DNA of 64,000 nt, taken from Selaginella moellendorffii. Taxonomy: Eukaryota; Plantae; Lycopodiophyta. The stretch spans positions 310,001 to 374,000 of the forward strand of contig NW_003314275.1 of assembly GCF_000143415.4 (NCBI RefSeq). Reading direction: 5' to 3'. The position numbers and the translations under genes were made by a program. This document shows, piece by piece, positions 13,909 to 26,375 of this stretch. The notes beneath the pieces were generated by a model. It had not been told where the DNA came from, made no database searches, and saw only the letters and a list, made by a program, of their open reading frames with translations. Numbering within the stretch: the first letter of the stretch is position 1; each line of letters begins with the position of its first letter.

Positions 13909-15987
13909 ATGAGCAATGCTTGGCAGCAGCGAGATCTCGCGTCCGCGATCCAGCTCTGCGGCGATGCACGCGATCACGCCGCTGGCTCGCGGATCCACGC
14001 CGACATCGCCGGCAGCAGGCGGTGGAATGGTGACCGGTACCTCGCGAATCTGCTCATCGAGATGTATGGCAAGTGTGGGGATCTGGGCGCCGCGCGCGCG
14101 GTCTTCGACAACTTGGGCTCCCCGAATCGCTTCTCCTGGACGATCCTCTTCGCGGCTTATGCGAGGAATGGGAAGCTGGAGGATGCGCGGAGGGTTTTCG
14201 AGGAGATGCCGGAGAGGGGGATCGTCGTGTGGAATTCATTGCTTAGTCTTCTCGGAAAACGGGGAATGATCGCAGAGGCCGAGAGGGTATTCGAGGCAAT
14301 GAAGGGAAGGAGGAATGCTGTCTCGTGGAATGCCATGATCACTGCATATGCCTTGCATGGGCATTTGTGTCGAGCGGAAGATTTGCTCAAGACAATGCCA
14401 GAATCATCAGCTTGCTCTTACAATATCCTGATAGATGCTTACGCACAAGCTGAAAATTTGTTTCGTGCGAAGGACTTGTTCGATCAAATGCCAGATAGGG
14501 ATCATGTATCTTGGAACACTATGCTAGCGGCATATGACAAGTATGGGCATTTTCTTTCAATGACTACGTTGTACAGCAAAATGCCTCAGTTCGATCTCGT
14601 TTCTTTCAACTCCATGCTCGCGGGTATCACAAATCATGGATCAACCTCAGAAGCGCAACGATTCTTCCAGAGGATGCCCGAGAAAGATATCATTTCCTGG
14701 AACACTATGCTCCACGCGTTTGCCCGCGTGAGCGACGTCACAAGCGCTTTGGACGTGTTCCACAGGATGCCCGAGCACGACGTAGTGACGTGGACAGCCA
14801 CGCTTGCAGCGCTGTCCGGTGACGTGGACCGAGCCAAGTCTCTGTTTGATGCATTGCCCGCCCGCGGCCTAGTGACGTGGAACGCCATGCTGGCAGCCTA
14901 TGCCCGTGCCGGGCATATCGCCCCAGGCCGAGCTCTCTTCGACGCAATGCCTGCTCGAGACCTCTCGTCCTGGAACATCCTATTAGAAATTTTGGCTGCG
15001 AATGGATCATTAGAAGAGGCTGCGATGATCTTCATGGCAATGCTTCCAGAGCATTGTTTGTTTTCTGGAAATCTCGTGCTCTCTTCGTATGCCCGGAGTG
15101 GTTTCGTTGACAATGCTTTTAGCGTTTTTTCGTCGATGCTCGAGGTGGATTCCGTGTCGTGGAACGCTCTCCTGGGATCTTGTGCTCGAAGCGGTCAGAT
15201 CGAAAACGCCCAGCTGATCTTTGCGAGAATGCCCGAGTGGAGCTTGAGCTCGTGGACGAACTTGATCTGGATGCACTGCCAGGGATCAAACTTGGAAGGA
15301 TCAAAGAGAGCTTTTTATGAGATGCCCGAGTGGGATACAGTGAGTTCCAACGCAATGCTCGCCAGCTTTGCAAGAAATGGCCAAACGCACGAAGCTCGAG
15401 AGCTCTTTGACGCCATCTCCGACAAAGACGGGGTCTCCTGGAACACAATCCTCGCGGCCTACGCCCAAGCCGGGGATCTCACCTCGGCCTCGTCAATCTT
15501 CCTCGGAGCTCCCGAGCGATCTTCCATATCCTGGAACACAATGCTCGCATCAACTTCTGGCTTTGCTTGCGCGGCTCAAGCGATGGAGCTCTTCCACGAG
15601 ATGGCCATCGAGGGCCACTCTCCCGACCAGCTCTCCTTCTCAAGTTTGCTCAACGCTTGCAGCCACGCCGGGTCGATCGACCAAAGCTTGCTACTCTTCC
15701 ACGCCATGGCCCGCGATCACCAGGAACTTCTCATCGAAAGCCAGCACGTAACCACGATGGTGGATGCTCTGGGCCGAGCCGGACGAACCTTGGCAGCTCA
15801 AGAACTGGCAGAAGATGATGGTAGGGACGCGGTGGCCGTGCGGTCACTGCTCGGAGCTTGCCGGATACACCATAATGTGGAGCTTTCAACACGCTTGGCC
15901 GGAGAAAACTCTTCTCCACCACTCCGGTGTGGATCAAACTTTTCTCTGCTTGCAAACACATACTCCGCGACAGCAGCAGTCCTATAG
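13909..15987 (+). CDS. PLS-class pentatricopeptide repeat protein ending in an E-like motif, no DYW domain
   Basis: Intronless 692-aa ORF; NLLIEMYGKCG, many DxVSWNxML repeats of about 31 aa, SLLNACSHAG, and SLLGACRIH...SLLANTYS at the end. Confidence 0.92.
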   Translation: MSNAWQQRDLASAIQLCGDARDHAAGSRIHADIAGSRRWNGDRYLANLLIEMYGKCGDLGAARAVFDNLGSPNRFSWTILFAAYARNGKLEDARRVFEEMPERGIVVWNSLLSLLGKRGMIAEAERVFEAMKGRRNAVSWNAMITAYALHGHLCRAEDLLKTMPESSACSYNILIDAYAQAENLFRAKDLFDQMPDRDHVSWNTMLAAYDKYGHFLSMTTLYSKMPQFDLVSFNSMLAGITNHGSTSEAQRFFQRMPEKDIISWNTMLHAFARVSDVTSALDVFHRMPEHDVVTWTATLAALSGDVDRAKSLFDALPARGLVTWNAMLAAYARAGHIAPGRALFDAMPARDLSSWNILLEILAANGSLEEAAMIFMAMLPEHCLFSGNLVLSSYARSGFVDNAFSVFSSMLEVDSVSWNALLGSCARSGQIENAQLIFARMPEWSLSSWTNLIWMHCQGSNLEGSKRAFYEMPEWDTVSSNAMLASFARNGQTHEARELFDAISDKDGVSWNTILAAYAQAGDLTSASSIFLGAPERSSISWNTMLASTSGFACAAQAMELFHEMAIEGHSPDQLSFSSLLNACSHAGSIDQSLLLFHAMARDHQELLIESQHVTTMVDALGRAGRTLAAQELAEDDGRDAVAVRSLLGACRIHHNVELSTRLAGENSSPPLRCGSNFSLLANTYSATAAVL

Positions 15988-16247
15988 CTCGTGCCAATCA
16001 CAGTGGTCCCGAAAGCTTGTGGTGAGGTCCCCGAGTTTCCAGAAAGTCACGAAAACCATAATCAGGAATGGACCTATGCACTGCGCCAGAAACACGGCTT
16101 TGATTTTGACTAACTCCAGTCGTGGGTCGACTCCAGACTTCGCGGACTTAGCGGCATCAACCTGTGGACTTGCAAAGACTGCCGCTCGCTAGTCTTTAAA
16201 ATTGGGAGTGCACAGCTTAGAAGAACTTGACTGGAGAGAGTCCATGA

Positions 16248-16950
16248 ATGGCACTCGAAATGGAGAGTGGTGGCGATGAAGACGTGATGCTTCCAGGCTT
16301 CCGCTTCCATCCCACCGACGAGGAGCTCCTCACTTTCTACTTGCACCGCAAGGTGGAGCACAAGCCCCTGGCGATCGAGGTGATCACGCAGCTCGACATA
16401 TACAAGTTTGATCCATGGGAGCTCCCAGGTAAAGACCATCCTCGGATCTTGATCGAAAGCTCTCGATCACCGAGATATCAATTGTGGATTTCTTCGGTCT
16501 CGGCAGGAGCATCATCGACTGGTTGTGGAGAGCAAGCGTCCTACTTCTTTTGCCCGCGGGACCGGAAATATCGCAACAGCAGCAGGCCAAACCGGGTGAC
16601 CTCGGGCGGATTCTGGAAAGCCACGGGCACGGACCGGGTCGTGCACTCGGCCAAGCCGGGCCACAAGTGTATCGGGCTCAAGAAATCGCTGGTTTTCTAC
16701 AAGGGACGAGCGGCCCGGCCTGTCAAGACGGACTGGATGATGCACGAGTTCCGGATGCCGCAGCTGTCCAACAAGGATATCTTCCAGCCGCGAGGACCAG
16801 AGGTAGAGTGATGCGCTCTCGATCATGGTTGTTTTAATTCATGCTTGTTCTTGCTTGATCTATCTCCAGGAATGCTGGACGGTATGCAAAGTGTTTAGAA
16901 AGCTTGGGCCAGTGCACGGACCTCTCAAACGACGGGCGCTGGGAGAATAG
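16248..16950 (+). CDS. NAC transcription factor, FEZ/ANAC009-like, essentially DNA-binding domain only (185 aa)
   Basis: [54 protein letters not shown], then exon 3 [11 protein letters not shown]. Exons 16248-16428, 16507-16802, 16870-16950. Confidence 0.9.
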
Positions 16951-16959
16951 CGAAGAAAT

Positions 16960-19900
16960 GCCAAGTGAATGTTTACTATGTTTATAAATTATGAATAATT
17001 ATAGGACTAATACCATGGTTATTAAAACAAATCTTATCTATCATCTTGAGCGTACAATTACTGATTTGCTTATTAGCATAACAGTAATTAACTAGCAGTT
17101 GCCCAGCAAAATACTTTTTTTATATTCAAAATTAAATTGAAATAATATCACAAAACAAATATTGTATTCCACTTTGAAAGAAGAATTGGGTGAATATAAA
17201 AATTAATTCTTGTAAACTTGATAATATAAATATTTAAAACAAAATATATTCCTAGGCATAAGTAAGAATAAATATTCATTAATCAAAATATTAGATAAAA
17301 ATTATTATTTATAAATATGAATATATTTGGAAAAATAACCAACCAAGAAAAAGTAAAAATGAAATTTCTATTATTAACAATATGTTATATGTAAACTATA
17401 TTTTTAGTTGGGATAAACTTATATTAAGATTTTATCAAACAGAAGAGATCAATTAATAAAAATAGTTATTACACATTTTTATTAGCAAGACATTACTTAA
17501 TTATGATTTTTACTTAGAATATAAAACAATAAGTTTACATTAATATATTACTACCCAGATCAGTCAAGAAAATAATTACTAACAAAATATTTTGTAAATA
17601 TATATGCTATAGAAACTGTAATTCCATAGTATTATGTACTAATAAACTATCTTTACAGTTAGGAAAAAGAATTTAAAATATTACTGCTTAATCAAATACT
17701 ACATACATTATCTTAGTTTTCTTGATAATGAGTTAGATTGTAAATAGCTAAGGCTAGATATAAAAACATATTACGTACTCTTATTGTTGAAATTGTTTAA
17801 TGTTTTTATATTAACACTTGAAGCTTTGATCATGATCCTACATATTCATAAAATTAAGTCAACCCATATTTGATCTACCATCATTTGGTGTTGGATTTTA
17901 TATATTATAGTGATATTTAAATAGACCATCTAATATATTACAAAATAAGATTATCCTAGAATATAGTTTTCTTATTATATTTACAAATACTGTTAAATTA
18001 AATTATAAAATTTAATTGTGACCTAAAATATTCAAAGATTATAATAATTTAAAAAACAGAATAAGTTTAGGTAAAGTTGATTTTTTTATTAATAATGCAT
18101 TAAAAATGTTCACTTAAAAATAAATATTCACTCTCTTAGGTAACCTATTAAATAGAATTCAAATTTTTGGCAGTTTTGGATTTTGATCTGGTGATGCCAC
18201 CAAAGACATACATAATTTATCACCTCATGGGTACAATTTGTCATTGGTTAGATTAGCAAAAACACTATATATTGCTATCTGGATAACTTAAAATCTTTTG
18301 ATACCACACTTCCATCACCATAGCAAATGACAAAACCTACTGTTAGAGTTTGGCCAGCATCCAACACTTTGTGGCCCACTCTTTACACTCATGAATTCAC
18401 CTAGTAAAGAAAGTAAAAAACTTACCATTCTAATGACCATATGAATTTGCCACAATAAGAAACATGTAACCTACTCCTCTAATGCTAATGGTTGAGAAAC
18501 TACATGCCAAGCAATTCTTTAATGTGATGCCCAACATAATCCTTTCAAAGGAAAAATCATAAAGAATATCACTATCCAAGCATAAACTCAAGCTAAGGAC
18601 CAATTGCCATAGCTACTATTACAAGATCTCACTCCTTCACTTTTGCATTCTCTAAAGCTTGTGCCACCACCTAAAGAACATAAAAGAACTCTCAAAACTT
18701 CCATTGAAAGGAGAATAGCTTACTTTGTCGATTGCTTGCTTGTGATTTAGACATGTTGCTAAAGGCATTACACCACCATACTATTGAAGCAAGTTTGCCT
18801 TGAATCCAAAGAAACAAAACAAAACAAAATAAAAATGAAAAAGAGAGAAAAAAAGTACTTGTAATCTTAGTGACTTTCTCCAAAAAGTTTGAAAAAATGC
18901 AATCTTATTTCAAGAAAATCAATTTACAATAGTAGTTCTAGTGGTATCATAGTTCATCTCAATTCCCGAAACAGGCAGCAGATTAGCAACTTGTAAGTTC
19001 CTAAATTTAGACTTTTTAGGAGGTCACTCAGTTTAGTACTACTCAAACCCAAAGACACTTAACCCTAAATATCCCAAGACCCTTAACTAATTGAAAAAGG
19101 GGGTGTACTCTTATTCATGTGCTCTTTCCTTTTATATTTGAACTTCATGTATTGTCTCTCAAGTCGTTTCCTTTGGTTGCTTACAATCCACTATGCTTCT
19201 TTGTAGTTCACGCCCTCGTGAATGGAAACTAAGAGTCGCAATTCTCCCAAGAGCCCTATTCTCTTGACACCCTACCCCTCGGGTCAAGCCTAACCAAAGC
19301 ATATTGGACTCTTGCCACCTTACCCCTCGGGTCAAGCCCAACTGAAGCATACTGGACCTTTGTCATATGTCAATTAATATATGGTGTGATTCCTTTAACC
19401 AACTAACAGAGTCTTGAGTCTTATAATCCACTACGCTTCCTTACAAATTCACGCCCTCATGAATGGAAGTTAAGAGCCACAGCTCTCTTAAGAGCCCTGC
19501 TCTCTTGACACCCTACCCCTTGGGTCAAGCCGAGCCAGAGCATACTAGATATCAATTAACATGTGGTGTAAACCTAAGGATGCTTAATCCTAAATATCCC
19601 AAAACCCTTAACTAATTGGAAAATGGGGTGCATTTTTATTCATAGGCTTTTTCTCTCTATATTTGAACCCTATGGATCATTTCTCGAGTCCTTCCCTTTA
19701 GTTACTTACACAATTGCAGTGAGAAAAGAAGGGCACCATATAGAAATTTGTACATTTGGGATGAATATGAGATGCCATTGCTAGGGATTGGCAAAAGCAT
19801 GTGCTATAAGTCACAAAACCCTAAATCAAGGAAAAGAGATTCATATATGCATAACTTAAAGGCACCAATAGTCAGCCCCGTTGCTATAGCAAGCACTCTC

Positions 19901-20880
19901 CACTAAACTGTAGAACTTACCCTCTTGATTTCAGAGGGTTTTTATTGCAAAAAGTTGAGTGTTAATGCTAGTTAACACTTGCATGTAAGATGTTGCCCAG
20001 CAAATGCTGGATGAGTACAAAAATTAATAATTTTATATAATTATTTCCTTTTGATATCTCTATATACACACACAATACTATACAACATAGACCATATATT
20101 TAAAATACTAATATATTCCCAAAGTGAGAATAGAAGAATTAGTAAATAAATATTAGTGATAAAGATAATATATGCAAAGTACTACTTGGGAATATGAATA
20201 TATTTAAAATATTAGAATTTTAAGAAACTTAATACCCAACCCAGAGTAAAGTAAAATAAAATTGCTAAGAATAATTTATTTTATAGTTATTAGATTATAA
20301 ATATATTTAGTACACTCCCAAAAAAAAGCAAATGAAGAATTACTGAAAAGTAATTTTCTTAATTAGATGTTACATGTAAAGTATTTTTTTACTTGAGATA
20401 CAAACAAATTTAGAATCCTAAAATGGTTAAAAAAAAACTAATATATTACTACTCAAACAAAAGTAAAAAAAAATTATTAAGATTATTTATTATTAATTTA
20501 GGGAAGCATTATTTAATTATTACATGTTTACCTGGAATATGAATAAATATATAACTAAAATTTTAAGAACATTAATATATTACCCACAGAGGATTGCAAA
20601 ACAGCACTATTGAAAAACTAAAGTCTAGCTTAGAAATAAAAAATTATATATACACTTAAACTCAAAAATATTAAGAACACTAATACTACTACCCAGACCC
20701 AAGTAAAACTAAGAAAAGAATTACAAAAAATAATAATATATATGTTAAATACAAAGTATAAATTCAAAACCTAATAAACGATCAACCTCTTGTTTAAAAT
20801 GTAAATTTCATGCCATTACTATAATTGCCCGACCAATACATCATCAATACATCAATCAATACATCATTACAAAGAAGAAA
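16960..20880. mobile_element. AT-rich block of degenerate repeats and probable LTR-retrotransposon debris
   Basis: Abrupt drop in GC. Shared motifs (taatatattactacccaga-like; ttgcccagcaaa near 17099 and 19992) occur in both flanks. A frameshifted CFYCGK..GH zinc-knuckle-like trace lies on the - strand near 18430-18470, and direct repeats at 19058-19710. Confidence 0.5.
19058..19710 (+). repeat. A-B-B'-A' direct repeat arrangement (LTR/TRIM-like remnant)
   Basis: cttaaccctaaatatcccaagacccttaactaattg...ttaca at about 19058-19185 recurs at about 19583-19710. aatccactatgcttc...taccccttgggtcaagcc at about 19185-19300 recurs at about 19425-19545. Confidence 0.7.
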
Positions 20881-21734
20881 AATGTATGAGAGGCTAAGTG
20901 CGGCTCCTCTCCAGTGGCCAAGCTCACCTCTGTTGTCGTTGGTGGAGGCACCATTGCTGCCGCTGGGGGCTCAGGAGTGGATCTAGAGTCCGTGGCTCCG
21001 AATCTGCTGCTGGCGCCGGGGACTGGGAGCCGCAGCTTCACTGGCCATTTACTCGCTCTCCTATAGGGCTATGCCCTTTCCCTCAATCAGCGGTGGAAAA
21101 TGCCAGGAGCGACGGTGGTGAGACTGTAGAAAGGCATCCCATCAAGCTCCAGATCTGCTGCTGGCGCTTGTTCCCATGGGGATTGCTGTGGCAATTGAGC
21201 GGGAGATTTCTGAGTGGGATCTCTACTTGGGAGATTTGGGAGTTGCAGCTTCACTGGCCATTTACTCGAGCACATTGCCCTTGTGCCCTTTCTCTAAAGC
21301 ATGCTCCAAGTCAGGAGCGACGGTGGCAATTTCTGCAGGAAAATTTAAAATTCGAGAAAAATCTGTATGCAAGTTTGGATGATGATAGCAATTTCAACAA
21401 AGATGCTATCCGGTCAACACATTGTATGTGCCACATGTCGCAGCACTTCCCACGCAACTTGGCCACCTCCCATTTGCCAAGAGTAAACATAAGCATGATT
21501 ATTTGCTAAGACGTGGTTAAAGAAATAATCCCTTTACAGTTACCACTGCGATTGGCTGGATCTGGTGGCCTAAAAATCCCTCTATATTATGGTAGATTTA
21601 CGCAAATAATAATGCATATAATACAGACATGCTCTCATTGCGCCACCTGTGTTAGACCACTTGTCGGCTGTTGATTTGCCGCGTGGTGCAAACAGGGATG
21701 AGAGCGCGGAAGCTCGCTAGGGCATTTGGCTGCG

Positions 21735-22160
21735 ATGGGCGATCCAAAACAAGGTAAGCACGAGAGATGGTTGCCATGTTTGTTTCAATACCTTAGATAA
21801 GTTTGTGATCATACAGAAGCATCACCAACATCGCAAGTAGTGACTGACGATTCCGGGCCTGTCAAAGTGAGCTACGAAATCGAGCAGGGTGAAAAGGGCA
21901 CCTATCACTCCCTCAAGCACAACGTCCAGGACAAGCTCCATCTGGGCAATCAACCCGCTCCAGGAGCTCCAGAAACTCGAGAGCAGCACGCAACTCCGGA
22001 TCCAACGAAGCCCCGTTCATCACTTACCACTCTGACACAGCAAGATCTTTCTTGTCCAACTTGGCAGCAAGAGCACGAGTCCACCAAGCTCAAAGTCCAG
22101 CGCGGAGAGGAGATGGGAACCGGGTATGAGCCAGACTCGGACTCGTCTGGCATCGCGTAA
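21735..22160 (+). CDS. Small hydrophilic protein (about 120 aa), possibly LEA/dehydrin-like
   Basis: ATG exon 21735-21753 with GTAAGC donor; the acceptor at 21816 joins in frame to give MGDPKQEASPTSQVVTDDSGPVKVSYEIEQGEKGTYHSLKHNVQDKLHLG. The stop overlaps a GTAAGT, so a further exon is possible. Confidence 0.6.
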
Positions 22161-23031
22161 GTGCCTTCGAGTTGATGTTTCCACTGCTTCTCCGGATGTG
22201 AAATGACTTAAAAGTTGGTCTTTTGGACACCCAAGCAAGCGATTCATCCTTATCCCCTGTACTGCCGTCTTGCTTTGTCCCTGGCTGTCCTGCCTCAGCA
22301 CCGCTGCGTCGATGATGAAAGAATGCGAATCATCGAATCCATCTCCACCTCTTTCCACCATCGCCGTCGTCGATCCTCGAGCACAAGTACGGGCCACCGA
22401 GTTCCATGATATCTCCCTCGCCTCTCCCGTGATTGGATTGGTGATGCTTACAAAAGCTCTACGGTCGAGTGAGCAGGGAACTTCTCTCTGGCTCGGCCCG
22501 GCTTTTCCCTGCACGGGATTCCTCTTTCCACATGCCCCCGGAACCCGGCCACCGTCTTTGAGTTGCTTTCTCTTGTTTGCTGGCGGGTGTTGAGGTTCCG
22601 TGGCACACCAGCCAAAACTTTTGTCCCTTGAATCCACTGGTCACTTCGCAGCACTCTACTTTCCCGGAACCAAGCAGGCCCAGTACTCTACTTTCCCGGA
22701 ATCAAGCAGGCCCACTTTTTCCTGCCTTGATGTCTAATTCCATCCAGGAAGCCCAGTAACGCGCAGCAATAGCAGCAGTAGCACTCACTGGAGTACCACT
22801 TATGAACCTCACTTCTTCCTTGGATCCTGAGCTGGAGAAGAGTGGAGAGCACTGAAGCCGTGCCAGAGTCTAGTCTGTCTGTATTATAATCCTTCACCTG
22901 TGTGAGCCGGCTGTTGAAGCTGATCAATCCCGGCCAGCTTTCCACAGATGAATACTTTAGCAAGCACATCACTCTCGGAGGCCTTACAGAGGACTTAACG
23001 TACGTGGTCATGAAGCAAGACGTGTGGATGC

Positions 23032-25386
23032 TCACGATATGGAGTGCCGTCTCCTCCTGCTGTTCATGCCGGACTTGGCGTTGGGGACGTTGGACGAGTC
23101 CTTGAACCTGAAAGGATTGAGCTTGCTCAGCGTTTTGGTAACCGAGGACAGGAACTTGCTGCTGGATCCTGTCTTCTGGATGCCCTCCTTCATGTTGACG
23201 TGGTCTTTCTCCAGATCCGTCAGCCGCATTCTCATCCTGGCCACCTCCAGCTTGAGCTCCCTGTTCTCCCGTCTAATGGACGAGTAATGGTCCCTGGGTG
23301 ATATGGCTGCGCTGAGGCCCCCGGGACCAGCTGCCTTTTGGGAATACGGACCCACCTGTTCCCCATCCACGAATGAAGTTGTCATGGCAGTGCGCAGCCT
23401 CATCTGTTCGTAGTAAAGGACCTGCACGACCATCTGGACGGGTAGCCTCTCGTTCTGCGCTGCATGCTGGCACGCCTCCTGTGACAACTTTTGGACGTCC
23501 AGAAGCTTGCACAGCTTCTTGCGCTCCAGATCGCTCAGAGCCGGATGGGCCTGTGAGTGAGACAACGCAATCAGCAAAGCAAGGAAGTGGGAACTTTAGA
23601 GGATGGACGACATACCTTTAGATAAATGTCGACGGCCCTGTAGAGGCTGTCGTCCACGAGCCGAGCGTGATCTGGAAAGAGCTCCGCGAGAGCGATAAAC
23701 TTGCTCACCTTGAGGTTGGGGTCGGGCGCTACCTCCGCAAGGTAGCCGTCCATCAGCTTGGCCACCCTCATGAGAGCACTTTGGGAAGGAGAAGCCCCAC
23801 CGTCCGACTCGTACATGACTTTGTTGTCGTCGCTTTCCTGCTTGAGAAAACTGACGACTATCCGATGGATAATGTCGACGTCGAACAGTGTATCGCCAGA
23901 ATAAGAAAATGCCGGGACCAGCAGATCATCCAGTGTGGCCCTCTCGAGCTGCATGCCAATCCTCTGTTCCAGATCTATCCTGCAAGCCATGGTAGTGTCC
24001 AGGATGAGGGCCGTTCGCAGGAGACCGAACAGGAAGCTGCACGAGATGGAGTTCTTCTCGCGTGGTAGCATGCTCACAATTGTCTCCACCAGAATCCGCT
24101 GCTCGTGCTCAATGGCAGTGGCACTGTCGTGAACTTTGAGCTTTGTCCGCGACGAATCTCGCGCCACCTGTTTCCTGTTGAAACCTTTGAGAGCTCGATG
24201 AGCATAGTGCATGAGAGCGGCTCCAATCGTCTCGTGTCGCAGGCCCCTGGACATCATCGCCGCTAGAACGCGCTGGTAAAAGTCGATGCGGAGGATGGAT
24301 AAGTCCTCAGCCCACCAGTCGACCGGACCCTTTGGCTGCAAGGTCTCCATTCTCTCTGAGTTGCTGAAGTCGGTGTGTGAAGATAAGCTCGACAATTGCT
24401 CCCGGCACACCTCCGTTGCCGCGGCGTCAACACACCTGTTGACGATCTTGAGCTCCTCGGCTAGAGGAAGTAGACTCTCGCAGCTGTGCAGCACCGCCAC
24501 CGCGTTTGAAAGATTCTGTGTAGCAATCTCGTCGATGAAGGCCTCGGTGCGAGCCACGAGATTGCCATCCCCGTAGTCCTCCGTCATGTCAAGGTACTCA
24601 GCAGCGCAACGGAGAGTAGCAACATTCGTCACGCTTATCTCAAAGTTGATCCCATAGCAGAACTTGGCCGCGAGCTCAAACGCTTCGGGGCCTCCGGGTA
24701 GATCCGAGAGCTTAATGAACGACACATCAAGTTCCCTGGAGTCCCCAGCAACCAGCTTGCGAATTTTTCCGCTCCTCGACACAAGGGGGAACTACGCAAT
24801 GGCAAACAAGTTCCAGCGTTCGTTTGCACAAAGAAAACAAGGTAAGATAGCTCGCTAGAAAGTGACTCTCGGTCAAGAAAGAGTTGAAAGAATCAAAAGG
24901 AAAGAGATCATTGTTATCAAACCTTGTGAAGAGCGAAGCTGACGCCTCCAGCCTCCACGAGCACGTCGGTGGGAACATCAGTAGACATTACCCTGGAATC
25001 ATCCCACGACCACAGCATTTAGTAGCAATTTTCTAGTCCGACGCTTTCTATGTCATAGATTTTCTTAAAGCTTGGAAGATCTAGGAACACAAACAAGACC
25101 ACCACTCACTCCAGTCACTTGAGATGTTACCTCAAATGCAGCACTCGCGTCTGGAGCTCTAGTTAGAGTTGATCACTCAGACAATACGCTCGATCACTCG
25201 GCGCCCATCTCTCTGCACAAAGTCACATGAAGCTGCGCAAGGCGCCTAGAAAGAAAATATTTTCGGCAAGCAAGAAAACTCTAAGAAATCGCGGGGCGAG
25301 CGAGGAATTTACCATTCTGCCGTGCGCTTGGCTGCCGATGACACTGTGGATCGCTTCATGGCCGAGAACTTGTCAACTTTTCCCAT
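23032..25386 (-). CDS. NPH3/RPT2-like (NRL) BTB/POZ domain protein
   Basis: SFALHK|FPLVSRSG, LPGGPEAFELAAKFCYG, DWWAEDL, LYRAVDIYLK|AHP, EACQHAAQNERLP, a coiled coil, and C-terminal RRRHSIS. Confidence 0.95.
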
Positions 25387-26375
25387 GAGCGTCATATTTC
25401 CAGCGCAGTCGCAGCAATGCGGCCCAAATCCCAGCCAATGCAGGCACCAGACCCCGAATTTCCGCCCCGAGAGATCACACACAACGCGGATCGCATCACC
25501 TTAGCAGCGCCAGGCCGCGCGATCGGCTCGATTCCAAAACCCTCGCCCGCCGCAAAAGAGAGAGAGAGCTCAAGAACACGAACAAGAGCGAGGTTTTAGA
25601 TAACAATGCCACTGCTAAATCTTTCTTACCGGCAGGAGCATATTCCGGCGCCGGTAAGTTTGCCTGGAGCTATAGACAAATCTTTTGTTGGGCCGTGATC
25701 CTTGACAGCGATAGTGCGTGCCAGACATCATATAAAAATCCGCAATTTTAAATACGGGTATGACACCGACGTGATCTTGTATTTTACCTTTCCATATCCA
25801 GTATCTCTGTTGGAATATTTTCTCCAACCTTGTTTGTAGATCCTTCTAAGGTGGCAAATACGGTTTTTCTATCCTGGGTGAAATACCAAGTCGGGACAAT
25901 GCTGACTGTACAGTAGACTTGACTTTTTCCATGGGCAAAATCTCTGCCAAACGTTGGAGCTGGTGTTTTTTATGTAACGTACGTGAAACAAAGGAATATA
26001 TTTTGATTCATTGACAATAGCTATGTGTTAGGGCTGCCGCGCTGGCACGCTCCTGTCCACAAAAAACCTCTTTTCCGTTCTTGGATCTTCTGGAACAATC
26101 CAAAAACCATAGAGTTTCCTTTGTTAAGATTTTATTCTCTTCCGCGATTAAAAATGCGTTTATATGTCCTCTTGTAAGAAATAGCAGCCACTACATAATC
26201 ACGTGCCACATTGTCGCCATGTGGGCGCTCGCCATACTTTCGCCATGCCGTATGGGATATTTGTACGCGTCCACGTGGCAAAGATCCAACGGCTAAGCAT
26301 TCCTGGCCGCGTTTGCTAGGGTTCCTTGTTCTAGGGCTTGTGGGCGATAGTGCATTTGGCGACGAAGTCGATCCC

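Noticed and set aside
22020-22637. 205-aa minus-strand ORF downstream of the NRL gene
   Set aside because: No recognisable domain, a non-ATG start, and overlap with the better-supported plus-strand gene.
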